DNA of 64,000 nt, from positions 30,135 through 94,134 of the forward strand of contig DASPGH010000125.1 in NCBI GenBank assembly GCA_035620735.1, in the 5' to 3' direction. The position numbers were made by a program, and so were the translations under genes. Of this stretch, positions 17,495-25,639 are shown in pieces. Origin of the DNA: Acidimicrobiia bacterium. Lineage in GTDB: Bacteria; Actinomycetota; Acidimicrobiia; Spongiisociales; ZC4RG35. Each line of letters begins with the position of its first letter. The first letter of the stretch is position 1. The notes under the pieces are model-generated. The model had not been told where the DNA came from. It did not search any database and was given only the letters and a program-made list of their open reading frames with translations.

Positions 17495-19140
17495 ACCCTC
17501 CTGTGGTCGTACTCAGGTCGTATTCCTGTGCCATAGCGGCGTAGGGCCCCGGTATCTCCGGAGGCATTGGGACGTTGGAACACCCAGTTCTGCCAAGCGG
17601 TGAGTCGTCCGAAGATCTTCGTTTCCATCGTCTCCGGGCCGGGGAAGCGGAGATTGGCCTCCATGCCCGTCAAACCGTCCGGTGAGAAGGCGGCCCGCTC
17701 CTCGACGATGATGCGCAGCTCGTCGTCCCAATCGAGGTCGTCCATGGCGTCTGTCACGACACCTGCAGCCACGGCGGACTCGGCGTCGAGCTTCTCGCCG
17801 ATGACGTCGTGGGCTCTGGCCAGACCGTCGCTGTCTCCCCAGAAACGGGTCTCGAGACGGGACAGGCCATTGGACATCGGGAAACCGAAACGGTTGGCCT
17901 CGGTGAAGACGATGCGGGCGATGCCGCTCCCTTCCCCGAATCGCTCCCCGATCAGCATGTAGGAGCGATCAGCGGCCAGGGTGAGCTCGGCGAGGAACCC
18001 CGCGAAACAGGATCCGGGCTCGACGAGGGCGATGATCGTGCGAGCAGTGAGGTCCACCCGGCGCATCACACGGCCCCAGTAGAGAAGGACCTCACGAACG
18101 AACCAATGGTCGGCCTGGGTGAGGAGCAAAGTGTCGTATGCCAGGACCAGCCCGGGGTCGCCCCGGCTGTGGATCGAGATGGAGCCGACCTCCAACTCGT
18201 TGACCCGAAGGTGGAGAATGGCGTCATCGAGCTCGCGGGCCAGACGGAGCGGCCAGAAGCCGGCGCCTGCAGACACTGCTTCGTCGCCGTCGACTGGTGG
18301 CGACTCTTCAGGGCCGTGAATGGTAAGGGCTGCCGTTCGCTCCGTCCGGTCGATCTCGACGCTCACCGTCGTGTATGTGATCCGGTCTCCGTCGATGACC
18401 CGGTCGAGTGGCGTGAGGGTCACACCCGTGGCATCTGAGGGTCGGTCGCTCCCGGCCGCGAGCTCCTGTGCTCTCTTCGCCACCGTCTCGTCGAAGGACG
18501 GGGCCGGCACCAGTTCGTCGACCAGGCCCCATTCCAGAGCCCGCGACCCTTTCACACCTTCTTCGAGGGTGCAGAAGACGTCGGCCCGGTCGCGGCGTAC
18601 GTGCCGTTTGTCGGTGAGACGGGTGAGCCCGCCGGTGCCGGGCAGGACGCCGAGCAGAGGGACCTCAGGCAGGGAGACCGAGGCATTGCGGTCGTCGATC
18701 AGCATCAGGTGATCCGCGGCCAGGGCCAGCTCGTACCCCCCGCCGGCGGCGTTGCCACCGATGGCGGCGATGTAGCGCTGGCTGGAGTTTCTGGTGGCGT
18801 CCTCGATGGCATTGCGGGTTTCGTTGGTGAACTTGCAGAAGTTGACCTTCAGTGGGTGGGAGGCAGACGCCAGCATCCCGATGTTGGCACCGGCGCAGAA
18901 CATGCGATCGAGGACCGACCCGATCACCACCGCTCCTACCTCCGGATGCTCGAAGCGAAGACGTTGCACGGCGTCGGCCAGCTCGATGTCCACTCCCAGG
19001 TCGTATGAGTTCAGCTTCAGCTCGTATCCCGGATCGAGTCCGCCATCGGGGTCGACTGCCATGTCCAGATAGGCGATCGGACCTTCGACCCGCAGCCTCC
19101 AATGACGGTAGGAGTCTGGGTTGGTCTGGAAGTCGATCAC
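17491..19140 (-). CDS. boxC: 2,3-epoxybenzoyl-CoA dihydrolase (benzoyl-CoA-dihydrodiol lyase)
   Basis: 549-aa double crotonase-fold protein (..YELKLNSYDLGVDIEL..FCAGANIGML..) of BoxC length, placed next to boxB. GTG start. Confidence 0.85.
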   Translation of the reverse strand: MIDFQTNPDSYRHWRLRVEGPIAYLDMAVDPDGGLDPGYELKLNSYDLGVDIELADAVQRLRFEHPEVGAVVIGSVLDRMFCAGANIGMLASASHPLKVNFCKFTNETRNAIEDATRNSSQRYIAAIGGNAAGGGYELALAADHLMLIDDRNASVSLPEVPLLGVLPGTGGLTRLTDKRHVRRDRADVFCTLEEGVKGSRALEWGLVDELVPAPSFDETVAKRAQELAAGSDRPSDATGVTLTPLDRVIDGDRITYTTVSVEIDRTERTAALTIHGPEESPPVDGDEAVSAGAGFWPLRLARELDDAILHLRVNELEVGSISIHSRGDPGLVLAYDTLLLTQADHWFVREVLLYWGRVMRRVDLTARTIIALVEPGSCFAGFLAELTLAADRSYMLIGERFGEGSGIARIVFTEANRFGFPMSNGLSRLETRFWGDSDGLARAHDVIGEKLDAESAVAAGVVTDAMDDLDWDDELRIIVEERAAFSPDGLTGMEANLRFPGPETMETKIFGRLTAWQNWVFQRPNASGDTGALRRYGTGIRPEYDHRRV

Positions 19141-19154
19141 GTGCCGATACTAGG

Positions 19155-19170
19155 CTGACCGCGTGGTCAG
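19155..19170. promoter_or_regulatory. Perfect inverted repeat CTGACC-GCGT-GGTCAG in the boxC / TetR divergent spacer (candidate TetR operator)
   Basis: 16-bp palindrome 15 nt from the boxC start codon, overlapping the AGGAG preceding the TetR gene. Confidence 0.45.
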
Positions 19171-19180
19171 GAGCAACCAG

Positions 19181-19813
19181 TTGGCAGCCGAGTTCGACGT
19201 CGATGTCACCCCTACCCAGACCCGTAGCCCGCGGGAGATGGAGATCATCAGGTCGGCATATCGGACCATGGCCCACAGCGGTTCACATCGCATCTCCCTG
19301 CGTGAGGTGGCCACCGAGGCCGGCGTGTCGAAGGCCCTTCTGCTCTACCACTTCGGGACCAAGGAGGCTCTGCTTTTCGCTGCGATGAAGTGGGCGCTGG
19401 AACGCACCGCGGTCAGGATCAGGGGAGGTCTGGAGTCTGCCTCACGCCCCCGTGAGCAGATCGGCGCCCTCATCGATGCGATCTTCGTGGATGCCGAGGC
19501 GAATCGCGAGTTCTACCTCTTCTATCTCGACCTTGTCGAGCACGCCAGCAGAAGCCCCGGGTTCGGGGAGCTCTCCGGGACGCTGGACCAGATCATCAAC
19601 GGGCTGTTCGCCGAGGTGATAGGTAACGGCGTGACAGATGGTGTCTTCTCGGTGGACGATGTCGACGTGGCGGCACGTCACATGAGAGCCTTGATCGAGG
19701 GCACGTTTCTGCAGTGGATCCAGACAACCGATTGGCGTGAGAGTCATTCGCAGTGGAAGTCGGACTGTCGGGTCGCGTTGCTCCTGCTGCTCGGCGTCGT
19801 TCAGGACTCTTGA
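19181..19813 (+). CDS. TetR-family transcriptional regulator
   Basis: ORF 19163..19813 with HTH ISLREVATEAGVSKALLLYHFGTKEAL. The start is uncertain. TTG 19181 has AGGAG 7 nt upstream; alternatives are GTG 19163 and ATG 19238. The 3' end overlaps the convergent thioesterase gene by 13 nt. Confidence 0.8.
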   Translation: MAAEFDVDVTPTQTRSPREMEIIRSAYRTMAHSGSHRISLREVATEAGVSKALLLYHFGTKEALLFAAMKWALERTAVRIRGGLESASRPREQIGALIDAIFVDAEANREFYLFYLDLVEHASRSPGFGELSGTLDQIINGLFAEVIGNGVTDGVFSVDDVDVAARHMRALIEGTFLQWIQTTDWRESHSQWKSDCRVALLLLLGVVQDS

Positions 19814-20202
19814 CCGGACGGCTGCAATGCTGCTCTCAGATCGGGAGTCCAGGGTCGTTTCTCGCCGGTCTCGCGGTCGATGAACACCGCCACCAGCTTT
19901 CCTGACGCCACCAGGTTCGCCCCGTTCGAAACCTCGATCCGATAGGTGACCGAGGTCTCGCCGAGAGTGGCTACTGACAGGTCGACCTGGACCACGTCGT
20001 CGAATCCGAGTGCACGGCCAAAGTCGAACTCGGTGCGCACCCGTGGAGTCGCCCCGAACGTCTGGTCGATGATCCCGAGTTGGCGGTGCAGCTCGGCCTC
20101 GGCTTCTTCGGTCCAGCGGGTGACCACCGAGTGGTGCCAGATGCCGGCGGCATCGGTGTCCATCCATTGGACCCGGCGTTGTATCGAGATCTCGGGTGTC
20201 AT
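19801..20202 (-). CDS. Hotdog-fold acyl-CoA thioesterase (4HBT/YbgC type)
   Basis: 133 aa. ..VQWMDTDAAGIWHHSVVTRW.. is typical of 4HBT-type thioesterases. ATGA overlap with the upstream hydrolase gene. Confidence 0.75.
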   Translation of the reverse strand: MTPEISIQRRVQWMDTDAAGIWHHSVVTRWTEEAEAELHRQLGIIDQTFGATPRVRTEFDFGRALGFDDVVQVDLSVATLGETSVTYRIEVSNGANLVASGKLVAVFIDRETGEKRPWTPDLRAALQPSGQES

Positions 20203-20969
20203 TGATCCAAATTCACGATGAAGTCGACAACGGTACCGGTGACGACGTCCGGGTCGGTGAGATGGGGAGAGTGTCCCGCCCTCTCCACGATCAGCCGTTG
20301 TGGCTTCACCACCAATCCTGCCTCGATCGCCTCGATCTGGCGCATCGTCCCGTATTCATCGTCGGTACCTTGAACGACCAGGGTGGGACAGGTCACGCCC
20401 GGCAGGTACTCCTCGATGTTCCACGATCGGAACGCAGGGCTGAGCCAGACGTCGGCCCACCCGTAGAACGTCGCTTCCGGATCGACGTGGTATTTCGCCA
20501 TGCGCTCGGCCAGGTCGCTGTCGGTGAACCGCTGCCGGATCGCCGCTATGGCCTCGAGACCTTCACGTTCCGTTAAGACGTGGGGTGCGATCAGCACCAG
20601 GGCTCGCACCGAATTCTCCGCCCCGGCATAGATGATGGAGATGGAGGCGCCATCGGAGTGTCCGATCAGTATCGGAGGGGCCCCGACCAACTGCTCCAAC
20701 ACCTCGGGCAGGGTCCTCAGAGCTTCGTCGTGCATGTAATCGGGTGTCCGCGCAGATTGCAGTGGGGTGGACCAGCCGTTACCGCGTCTGGAGAAGATCA
20801 GCCCTGGGCGTCTCGTGCGGGCTACCAGGTCGTCGGCGAACTCGCGCCACAACTCGACACTGCCCAGACCCTCGTGGAGGAAGACCAGCGGTGTCCCTTC
20901 GAACTCCGTGCCGAGACGCCGGTAGTGGAGCTCTGCGCGGGCGACAGAGAGGAAGGTACGTCCACTCAC
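20199..20969 (-). CDS. Alpha/beta-hydrolase fold protein (candidate enol-lactonase or C-C hydrolase)
   Basis: 256 aa with PLVFLHEGLGS and a nucleophile elbow GHSDGA. 4-nt overlaps with the HpaB-like gene and the thioesterase gene. Confidence 0.7.
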   Translation of the reverse strand: MSGRTFLSVARAELHYRRLGTEFEGTPLVFLHEGLGSVELWREFADDLVARTRRPGLIFSRRGNGWSTPLQSARTPDYMHDEALRTLPEVLEQLVGAPPILIGHSDGASISIIYAGAENSVRALVLIAPHVLTEREGLEAIAAIRQRFTDSDLAERMAKYHVDPEATFYGWADVWLSPAFRSWNIEEYLPGVTCPTLVVQGTDDEYGTMRQIEAIEAGLVVKPQRLIVERAGHSPHLTDPDVVTGTVVDFIVNLDQ

Positions 20970-22465
20970 AGCCAGGGGCCGCGTGTCCAGCCCTCGAGGT
21001 CGTAGTCCTCCATCGCCATATTCACCAACTCGGCCATCCTGTCGAGACTTCCCCGCTGCTCGGCGAAGTCGACGACGTTGAGACGGACCAGCTCCGGGCT
21101 CCCCCCGTAGTTTCGCTCGTAGAGCGTGTGTCGGACGCCGAACTCGCTGCCGATGGCGTCCCAGAGCAACTTGAAGAGCTTTATTCGGTCGTGAGCAGAC
21201 CCGGTCGAGCCCCGGTAGTAGCGGTCGATGAGAGGGCGCAGCTCCTCGCTTTGGAGGTCGCGGTAGCTCGATGGGATCACCAACGGGCTCCCACCGAGGA
21301 TCTCACCGGCGGTCTCCTCGACCTTGGGCCAGGCCATCGCCCCGAACAGTCGGACCAGAACCGCATACTCCAACTTGGGGATGGCCATGCCACCCGGGCC
21401 TTCTTCGGGGTCGAGAGCGAGAGCGGAGGTCAGGGCCCACATCAGATTGCCCCAACCGATCAACTCACCGAGTTGTGCTCGCACACCCCGGAAGCCGGCG
21501 GTGCCGTTGGCCTCCAGGGCCTGGGCGATCAGACCGCAAATGAAGTCGAACTTGACGGCGAGACGGGTGCCCGACTGCAGCGTGTAGCGGTTCATGAACC
21601 CGGAGGCTGCGTAGAACCCGGTCGCCTTCTCGACGTCGCGGTAGACGAGGACGTTCTCCCATGGGATGAAGGCGTCGTCGAAGATCACCACGGCGTCGTT
21701 CTCGTCGAACCGAGAGGACAGCGGATTGTCCCATGGCGACTGTGCCGATTCCTCATAGGAGCGTCTCGAGATCAGCTTCATACCGGCAGTGTCCATGGGG
21801 GCGATGAACACGATGGCGTAGTCCTCCGCCTCGCCCTTCTCGAGTTGGACGGCAGCGTTCTGGGCCACGAACGTGGCATGGGTCAGCGCTGAGCCCGTGG
21901 CCAGCATCTTCGCCCCGCGGACCACCATGCCGTCGTCTCGCTCGGCGACGACGTGGAGATAGACATCCTCGACTTCGTGCACCGCCCTGTTGCGGTCGAT
22001 GGGAGGATTGATCAAGACGTGGTTGAGGAACAGCGCCCGGGAGGCATAGCGCCGATACCAGGTCTCGGCGGTCGACTCGAACGGGCTGTAGAAGTCGGGG
22101 GCGGCACCCAGAGTCGCCATGAACGCCGCCTTGTAGTCGGGGGAACGTCCCATGAAGCCATAGGAGAGCCGGGCCCACTCGGCGATCGCTTCTCGGGCTG
22201 CGAAGAGCTCGTCACCCGAATAACTGGGCATGAAGAATTTGTGGGTGGTTATCCCCGACCTGTCGACTCCGAGGAGAGTGTCGGTCATGTCCGGGTCGTG
22301 GAGGGCGTCGTAGAGCCGCGCCATCGAGCGCGCCGAGTTGCGAAACGCCGGATGGCTGGTGACATCTTCGACCTTCTCACCGTCGATGTACACCTCGCGG
22401 CCATCGCGGAGACTCTCCAGATAGCTCTCACCGTCGAGCAGCGTGTTCTCGGGCTTCTCGCTCAT
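20966..22465 (-). CDS. HpaB-family (4-hydroxyphenylacetate 3-hydroxylase-like) flavin-dependent oxygenase component
   Basis: ORF 20966..22561. Start moved to ATG 22465 (MSEKPENTLLDGESYLESLRDGREVYIDGEKVEDVTSHPAF.., CAGGAGA upstream). Acyl-CoA-dehydrogenase-like fold of group D flavin monooxygenases. Confidence 0.8.
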   Translation of the reverse strand: MSEKPENTLLDGESYLESLRDGREVYIDGEKVEDVTSHPAFRNSARSMARLYDALHDPDMTDTLLGVDRSGITTHKFFMPSYSGDELFAAREAIAEWARLSYGFMGRSPDYKAAFMATLGAAPDFYSPFESTAETWYRRYASRALFLNHVLINPPIDRNRAVHEVEDVYLHVVAERDDGMVVRGAKMLATGSALTHATFVAQNAAVQLEKGEAEDYAIVFIAPMDTAGMKLISRRSYEESAQSPWDNPLSSRFDENDAVVIFDDAFIPWENVLVYRDVEKATGFYAASGFMNRYTLQSGTRLAVKFDFICGLIAQALEANGTAGFRGVRAQLGELIGWGNLMWALTSALALDPEEGPGGMAIPKLEYAVLVRLFGAMAWPKVEETAGEILGGSPLVIPSSYRDLQSEELRPLIDRYYRGSTGSAHDRIKLFKLLWDAIGSEFGVRHTLYERNYGGSPELVRLNVVDFAEQRGSLDRMAELVNMAMEDYDLEGWTRGPWL

Positions 22466-22520
22466 GTCTGTCTCCTGATCGAGCCACCTTAAAGGCGCGT
22501 CCCAAGGGCCTTCCTCGGTG

Positions 22521-24059
22521 TCATGTCCACCCCGCCGCGGTGCGCAGGATGTGTCCGGCATCGCTCTCCGCTCTGTCTCCCATCCAGGCGACGAAGTGGT
22601 CCGGTCTCACCAGGACGGGCTCGGGGTAGAGGTCTTCGGAGATCACGTCGAGGGGGAGGTCGAGATCTCGGGCCGCCCTCGAGAAGGCCTCTCCCAGCGA
22701 CTTGGAGAGAGCGATCACGGTGAAACCCGAGCTCAGCCTGGAGAGCAGGCCCGGGTCGCCCCGCTCCGGCGGTGGCAGGTGATGTCCTGGTTTGGTGAGA
22801 AAGGTGTGCTCACCCACGGCTCCGGGGCGACCCGACGCACATACGACGATCGAAGAGCCCTCGTAATGCGGTTCGAACCGGCTCACTCCTGCTCCGGCGG
22901 CGGCGATGCGACGCTGTTCCCACGCCTCCTCGAAATCTGCCAGATCCCGTGTCGGATCGTGACGGCGGATGAATTCGCGGTCGTTCTCGATGAAGGTCTC
23001 GATGAAGTCCCTCGCCGTCGACTCGAAAACCGGCCGGCGCTCTTCCGAATACGAGTCGACCAGCGCATCCCCACCCCAACCATGGAGCCTCGCCGCCAGT
23101 TTCCACCCGAGGTTGCGAGCATCCTCGAGCCCGGTGTTGATCCCGTAGCCCCCGTAGGGAGGGTGCGAGTGGGCTGCGTCGCCGGCTATGAGAACCGGGC
23201 CGTTTCGATATGTGTCGGCGGTGGTGATGCGCAGATCCCAAAAGCCCAGGTAGTCGAGGGAGAGGGCAAACCTCGCACCAACGGTGTCGTAGAGAGTCGT
23301 CTCGTAGTCGAACGTCGCGGCCTCCGAGGACGGGTCGACAGGTGCGTGGAAGAACCACTGCTGGCCTACGTCGACCCTTCCGAGGAACCTCCAGTAACCG
23401 TCCAGGTCGGGATCGAGGACGTTGAAGAACGCCGTCGGCCCGAATCTCGCCTCTAGTAGCTGATGGAGCTGGTGAGAGCGAAACACCAGGAGAACCATCT
23501 TGCGAGCCGGCCCTGACCTGGTCTCGGTGATTCCCGCCCGCTCTCGCACCAAAGAGTGGCTGCCGTCGCATCCGACCAAATAGCTGCATTGGACTCGTTG
23601 GCCGGTGCCGGTGAGGGCGACTGCTCCCTCTGCTGAGACCTCTAGATCGACCACTTGTTCCCCGTACAGGGCGGTGACGCCATTCAGATCCTCTACGCGT
23701 CTGCGCAGCACCTGTTCGGTCAGGTACTGGGGAAGACGCTCACTCGAGGTGAAGTAGAAACGATCGACCTGACTGCGGCGAAACCAAGGATGGGCGTAGT
23801 CACTCATCAATGATCCGTATGCATTCACGCCCACTGCCGGGTAGCTGTCGGGCATCAGACGAGCCTGTCTGATCGCTTTCTCCACACCCCAACGAATGAA
23901 GTGCTCCATCGTCCGCTGGGTCAGGTTCTGACCCTTGGGGATGTCGTGAACCTCGCTCGTTCTCTCGATGAGGACGACGTCCACGCCCCGCTGGCCCAGT
24001 TCGATGCTCAAGCCCAGCCCGACCGGGCCGCCACCGACTATCACAACCTGTGTCTCCAC
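22521..24059 (-). CDS. FAD-dependent aromatic-ring hydroxylase (PheA/TfdB/MhpA class)
   Basis: 512 aa. VVIVGGGPVGLGLSIELGQRGVDVVLIE (GxGxxG), ..YLVGCDGSHSLVR.. (DG motif) and ..IAGDAAHSHPPYGGYGINTG.. (GD motif) are present. Confidence 0.85.
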   Translation of the reverse strand: METQVVIVGGGPVGLGLSIELGQRGVDVVLIERTSEVHDIPKGQNLTQRTMEHFIRWGVEKAIRQARLMPDSYPAVGVNAYGSLMSDYAHPWFRRSQVDRFYFTSSERLPQYLTEQVLRRRVEDLNGVTALYGEQVVDLEVSAEGAVALTGTGQRVQCSYLVGCDGSHSLVRERAGITETRSGPARKMVLLVFRSHQLHQLLEARFGPTAFFNVLDPDLDGYWRFLGRVDVGQQWFFHAPVDPSSEAATFDYETTLYDTVGARFALSLDYLGFWDLRITTADTYRNGPVLIAGDAAHSHPPYGGYGINTGLEDARNLGWKLAARLHGWGGDALVDSYSEERRPVFESTARDFIETFIENDREFIRRHDPTRDLADFEEAWEQRRIAAAGAGVSRFEPHYEGSSIVVCASGRPGAVGEHTFLTKPGHHLPPPERGDPGLLSRLSSGFTVIALSKSLGEAFSRAARDLDLPLDVISEDLYPEPVLVRPDHFVAWMGDRAESDAGHILRTAAGWT

Positions 24060-24080
24060 CTGGGTCGGGAGCTCAGCTCC

Positions 24081-25478
24081 TCAGGAGGCGCTCCTCCAGC
24101 TGCCTCCATACTCCTCACGGGCTGTCTTCGAGTAGGGGGTGGGGGCGACCTTGACCCGGATTTCGGTCTGTTTGTGACGCTCGACGGTGATCTTTTCGGT
24201 CCCGCCGTCTTCCTCGCCCCACACCAGGATGAGTTCGTCGCCGATGTCGACTCCGGCGTCGACTGTGCCCAGCGAGATGAAGGCGCGGTCGTTGAACGTG
24301 TAACCGCTGAACATGGAGAACCCGACCACCTCATCGTCCTTGAGCACGGCGTCGTAGGAGGCCGATGTGTAGTTGGAGAGAGGAAGGTCGATGTGCTTGA
24401 AGTTCTCTCCAGGGTCGTTGAACAGGGAGGCCCACACCCGTACGACGTCATCGGGGTTCCACTCGAACGTGACCTTGTGACGTTGCTCGTCGGGGTCGAG
24501 TGCTTCCAGAGCTTCCCGTCCCACGAAGTCATGGTCGAACTTGACGTAGAAGTCATAACCCAGGGCGTGGGGTGTCAGGTAGTAGTCCTCGATGTCGTCG
24601 GAGACGAAGCTCCCTCCGATGGAACCACCCGCCTCATAGCCGTCTCCGGGAAGCCATTCCCGGTACGCCTTCATCTGATCCCCGCTGTAGACGGCGGGGA
24701 GCGGTGACGGGATCCATCCCGACTCGAGGGTGTTCGTTGCGTAGGCGCGGGCGCCCACGGGGACGAGCCCGAACTCCTCACCGGCTTCGAGGATGGCGGT
24801 GCGTACCTCGTCGCCCTGCTCGTATGGCCCCCAGATCTCCACACCGGGCTCACCCGCCATGCCGTGACGCAGTGCCGGCACCTCGCGTCCCGCCACCTTC
24901 ATGGTCCCGATGTTGAAGAACCTGATGTCGTCGAGTGGCCCACCATTCAGCTTCTCGATCACTTGCTGGGCTTTGGGTCCCTGGATCTGAAAGCGGTAGT
25001 GACGTCGTTTGATCGCCCTGTCGCCTGGACGTGACGGCGATCGATCGTCACGGATCAAATCGACGTCCCAGTCGCCGGTCTCAGCATGGAACTGGGTCCA
25101 GTTCACACTGGGCGCCCGGCCCACCATGTTGTACTCGTGCTCTTCGGGATGGAAAAGGATCATGTCGCCTATGACGTATCCGTCGTAGCTGACCGGGACG
25201 TAGTGCTTCGCCTTGGTTGTGGTGAATCCGTCGAGGCTGTTGATGGCGAGATGAGAGATGAGGTCCCCGGCGTCGGGACCCTTGACGTTGAGCTCGGCCA
25301 TGTGATGGGACTGGTCGTAGAGAACCGCAGATTCGCGCCAGGCCCGTTGCTCGTCTCGCCAGTTGGAGAACTCTGGTGCCACCACCGGGTACACGTATGC
25401 TCCTATCTGGGAGTTGCGGAGCATCTCCACCGGGTTGCCCACCGCCTGCAGTTTCTCCTCGAGACTCGAATAGCTCAT
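24081..25478 (-). CDS. Tetrahydrofolate-dependent aromatic O-demethylase, LigM/DesA type, copy 2
   Basis: ORF 24081..25664. Start moved to ATG 25478 (MSYSSLEEKLQAVGNPVEMLRNSQIGAYVYPVVAPEFSNWRDEQRAW.., GGAGGAA upstream), giving 465 aa. Confidence 0.88.
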   Translation of the reverse strand: MSYSSLEEKLQAVGNPVEMLRNSQIGAYVYPVVAPEFSNWRDEQRAWRESAVLYDQSHHMAELNVKGPDAGDLISHLAINSLDGFTTTKAKHYVPVSYDGYVIGDMILFHPEEHEYNMVGRAPSVNWTQFHAETGDWDVDLIRDDRSPSRPGDRAIKRRHYRFQIQGPKAQQVIEKLNGGPLDDIRFFNIGTMKVAGREVPALRHGMAGEPGVEIWGPYEQGDEVRTAILEAGEEFGLVPVGARAYATNTLESGWIPSPLPAVYSGDQMKAYREWLPGDGYEAGGSIGGSFVSDDIEDYYLTPHALGYDFYVKFDHDFVGREALEALDPDEQRHKVTFEWNPDDVVRVWASLFNDPGENFKHIDLPLSNYTSASYDAVLKDDEVVGFSMFSGYTFNDRAFISLGTVDAGVDIGDELILVWGEEDGGTEKITVERHKQTEIRVKVAPTPYSKTAREEYGGSWRSAS

Positions 25479-25528
25479 GGTTCCTCCTCTTCGACACGGT
25501 CGGCAATCGAATGTGCCAGACCGGCTAG

Positions 25529-25543
25529 GTTCGTAGGACGTAC
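25529..25543 (+). promoter_or_regulatory. PcaR-type box GTTCGTAGGACGTAC upstream of the ligM-like copy 2 operon
   Basis: Sits 51-65 nt upstream of ATG 25478 in the divergent spacer. Same GTTCG-N5-CGTAC frame as 4592-4606. Confidence 0.45.
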
Positions 25544-25597
25544 ACCTGTCCGCCAAGCGTACACGGGTCGTCACCGACGGAACCCAGGAACCGTCTT

Positions 25598-25639
25598 GTG
25601 CGGATTGGTGCGGACAGAGTCCCGACAAACCTGCACAGA
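25598..25639. repeat. 42-nt imperfect palindrome, second copy of the 8749-8790 element
   Basis: GTGCGGATTGGTGCGGACAGAGTCCCGACAAACCTGCACAGA is 35/42 identical to 8749-8790. It ends immediately before ATG 25640. Confidence 0.7.
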
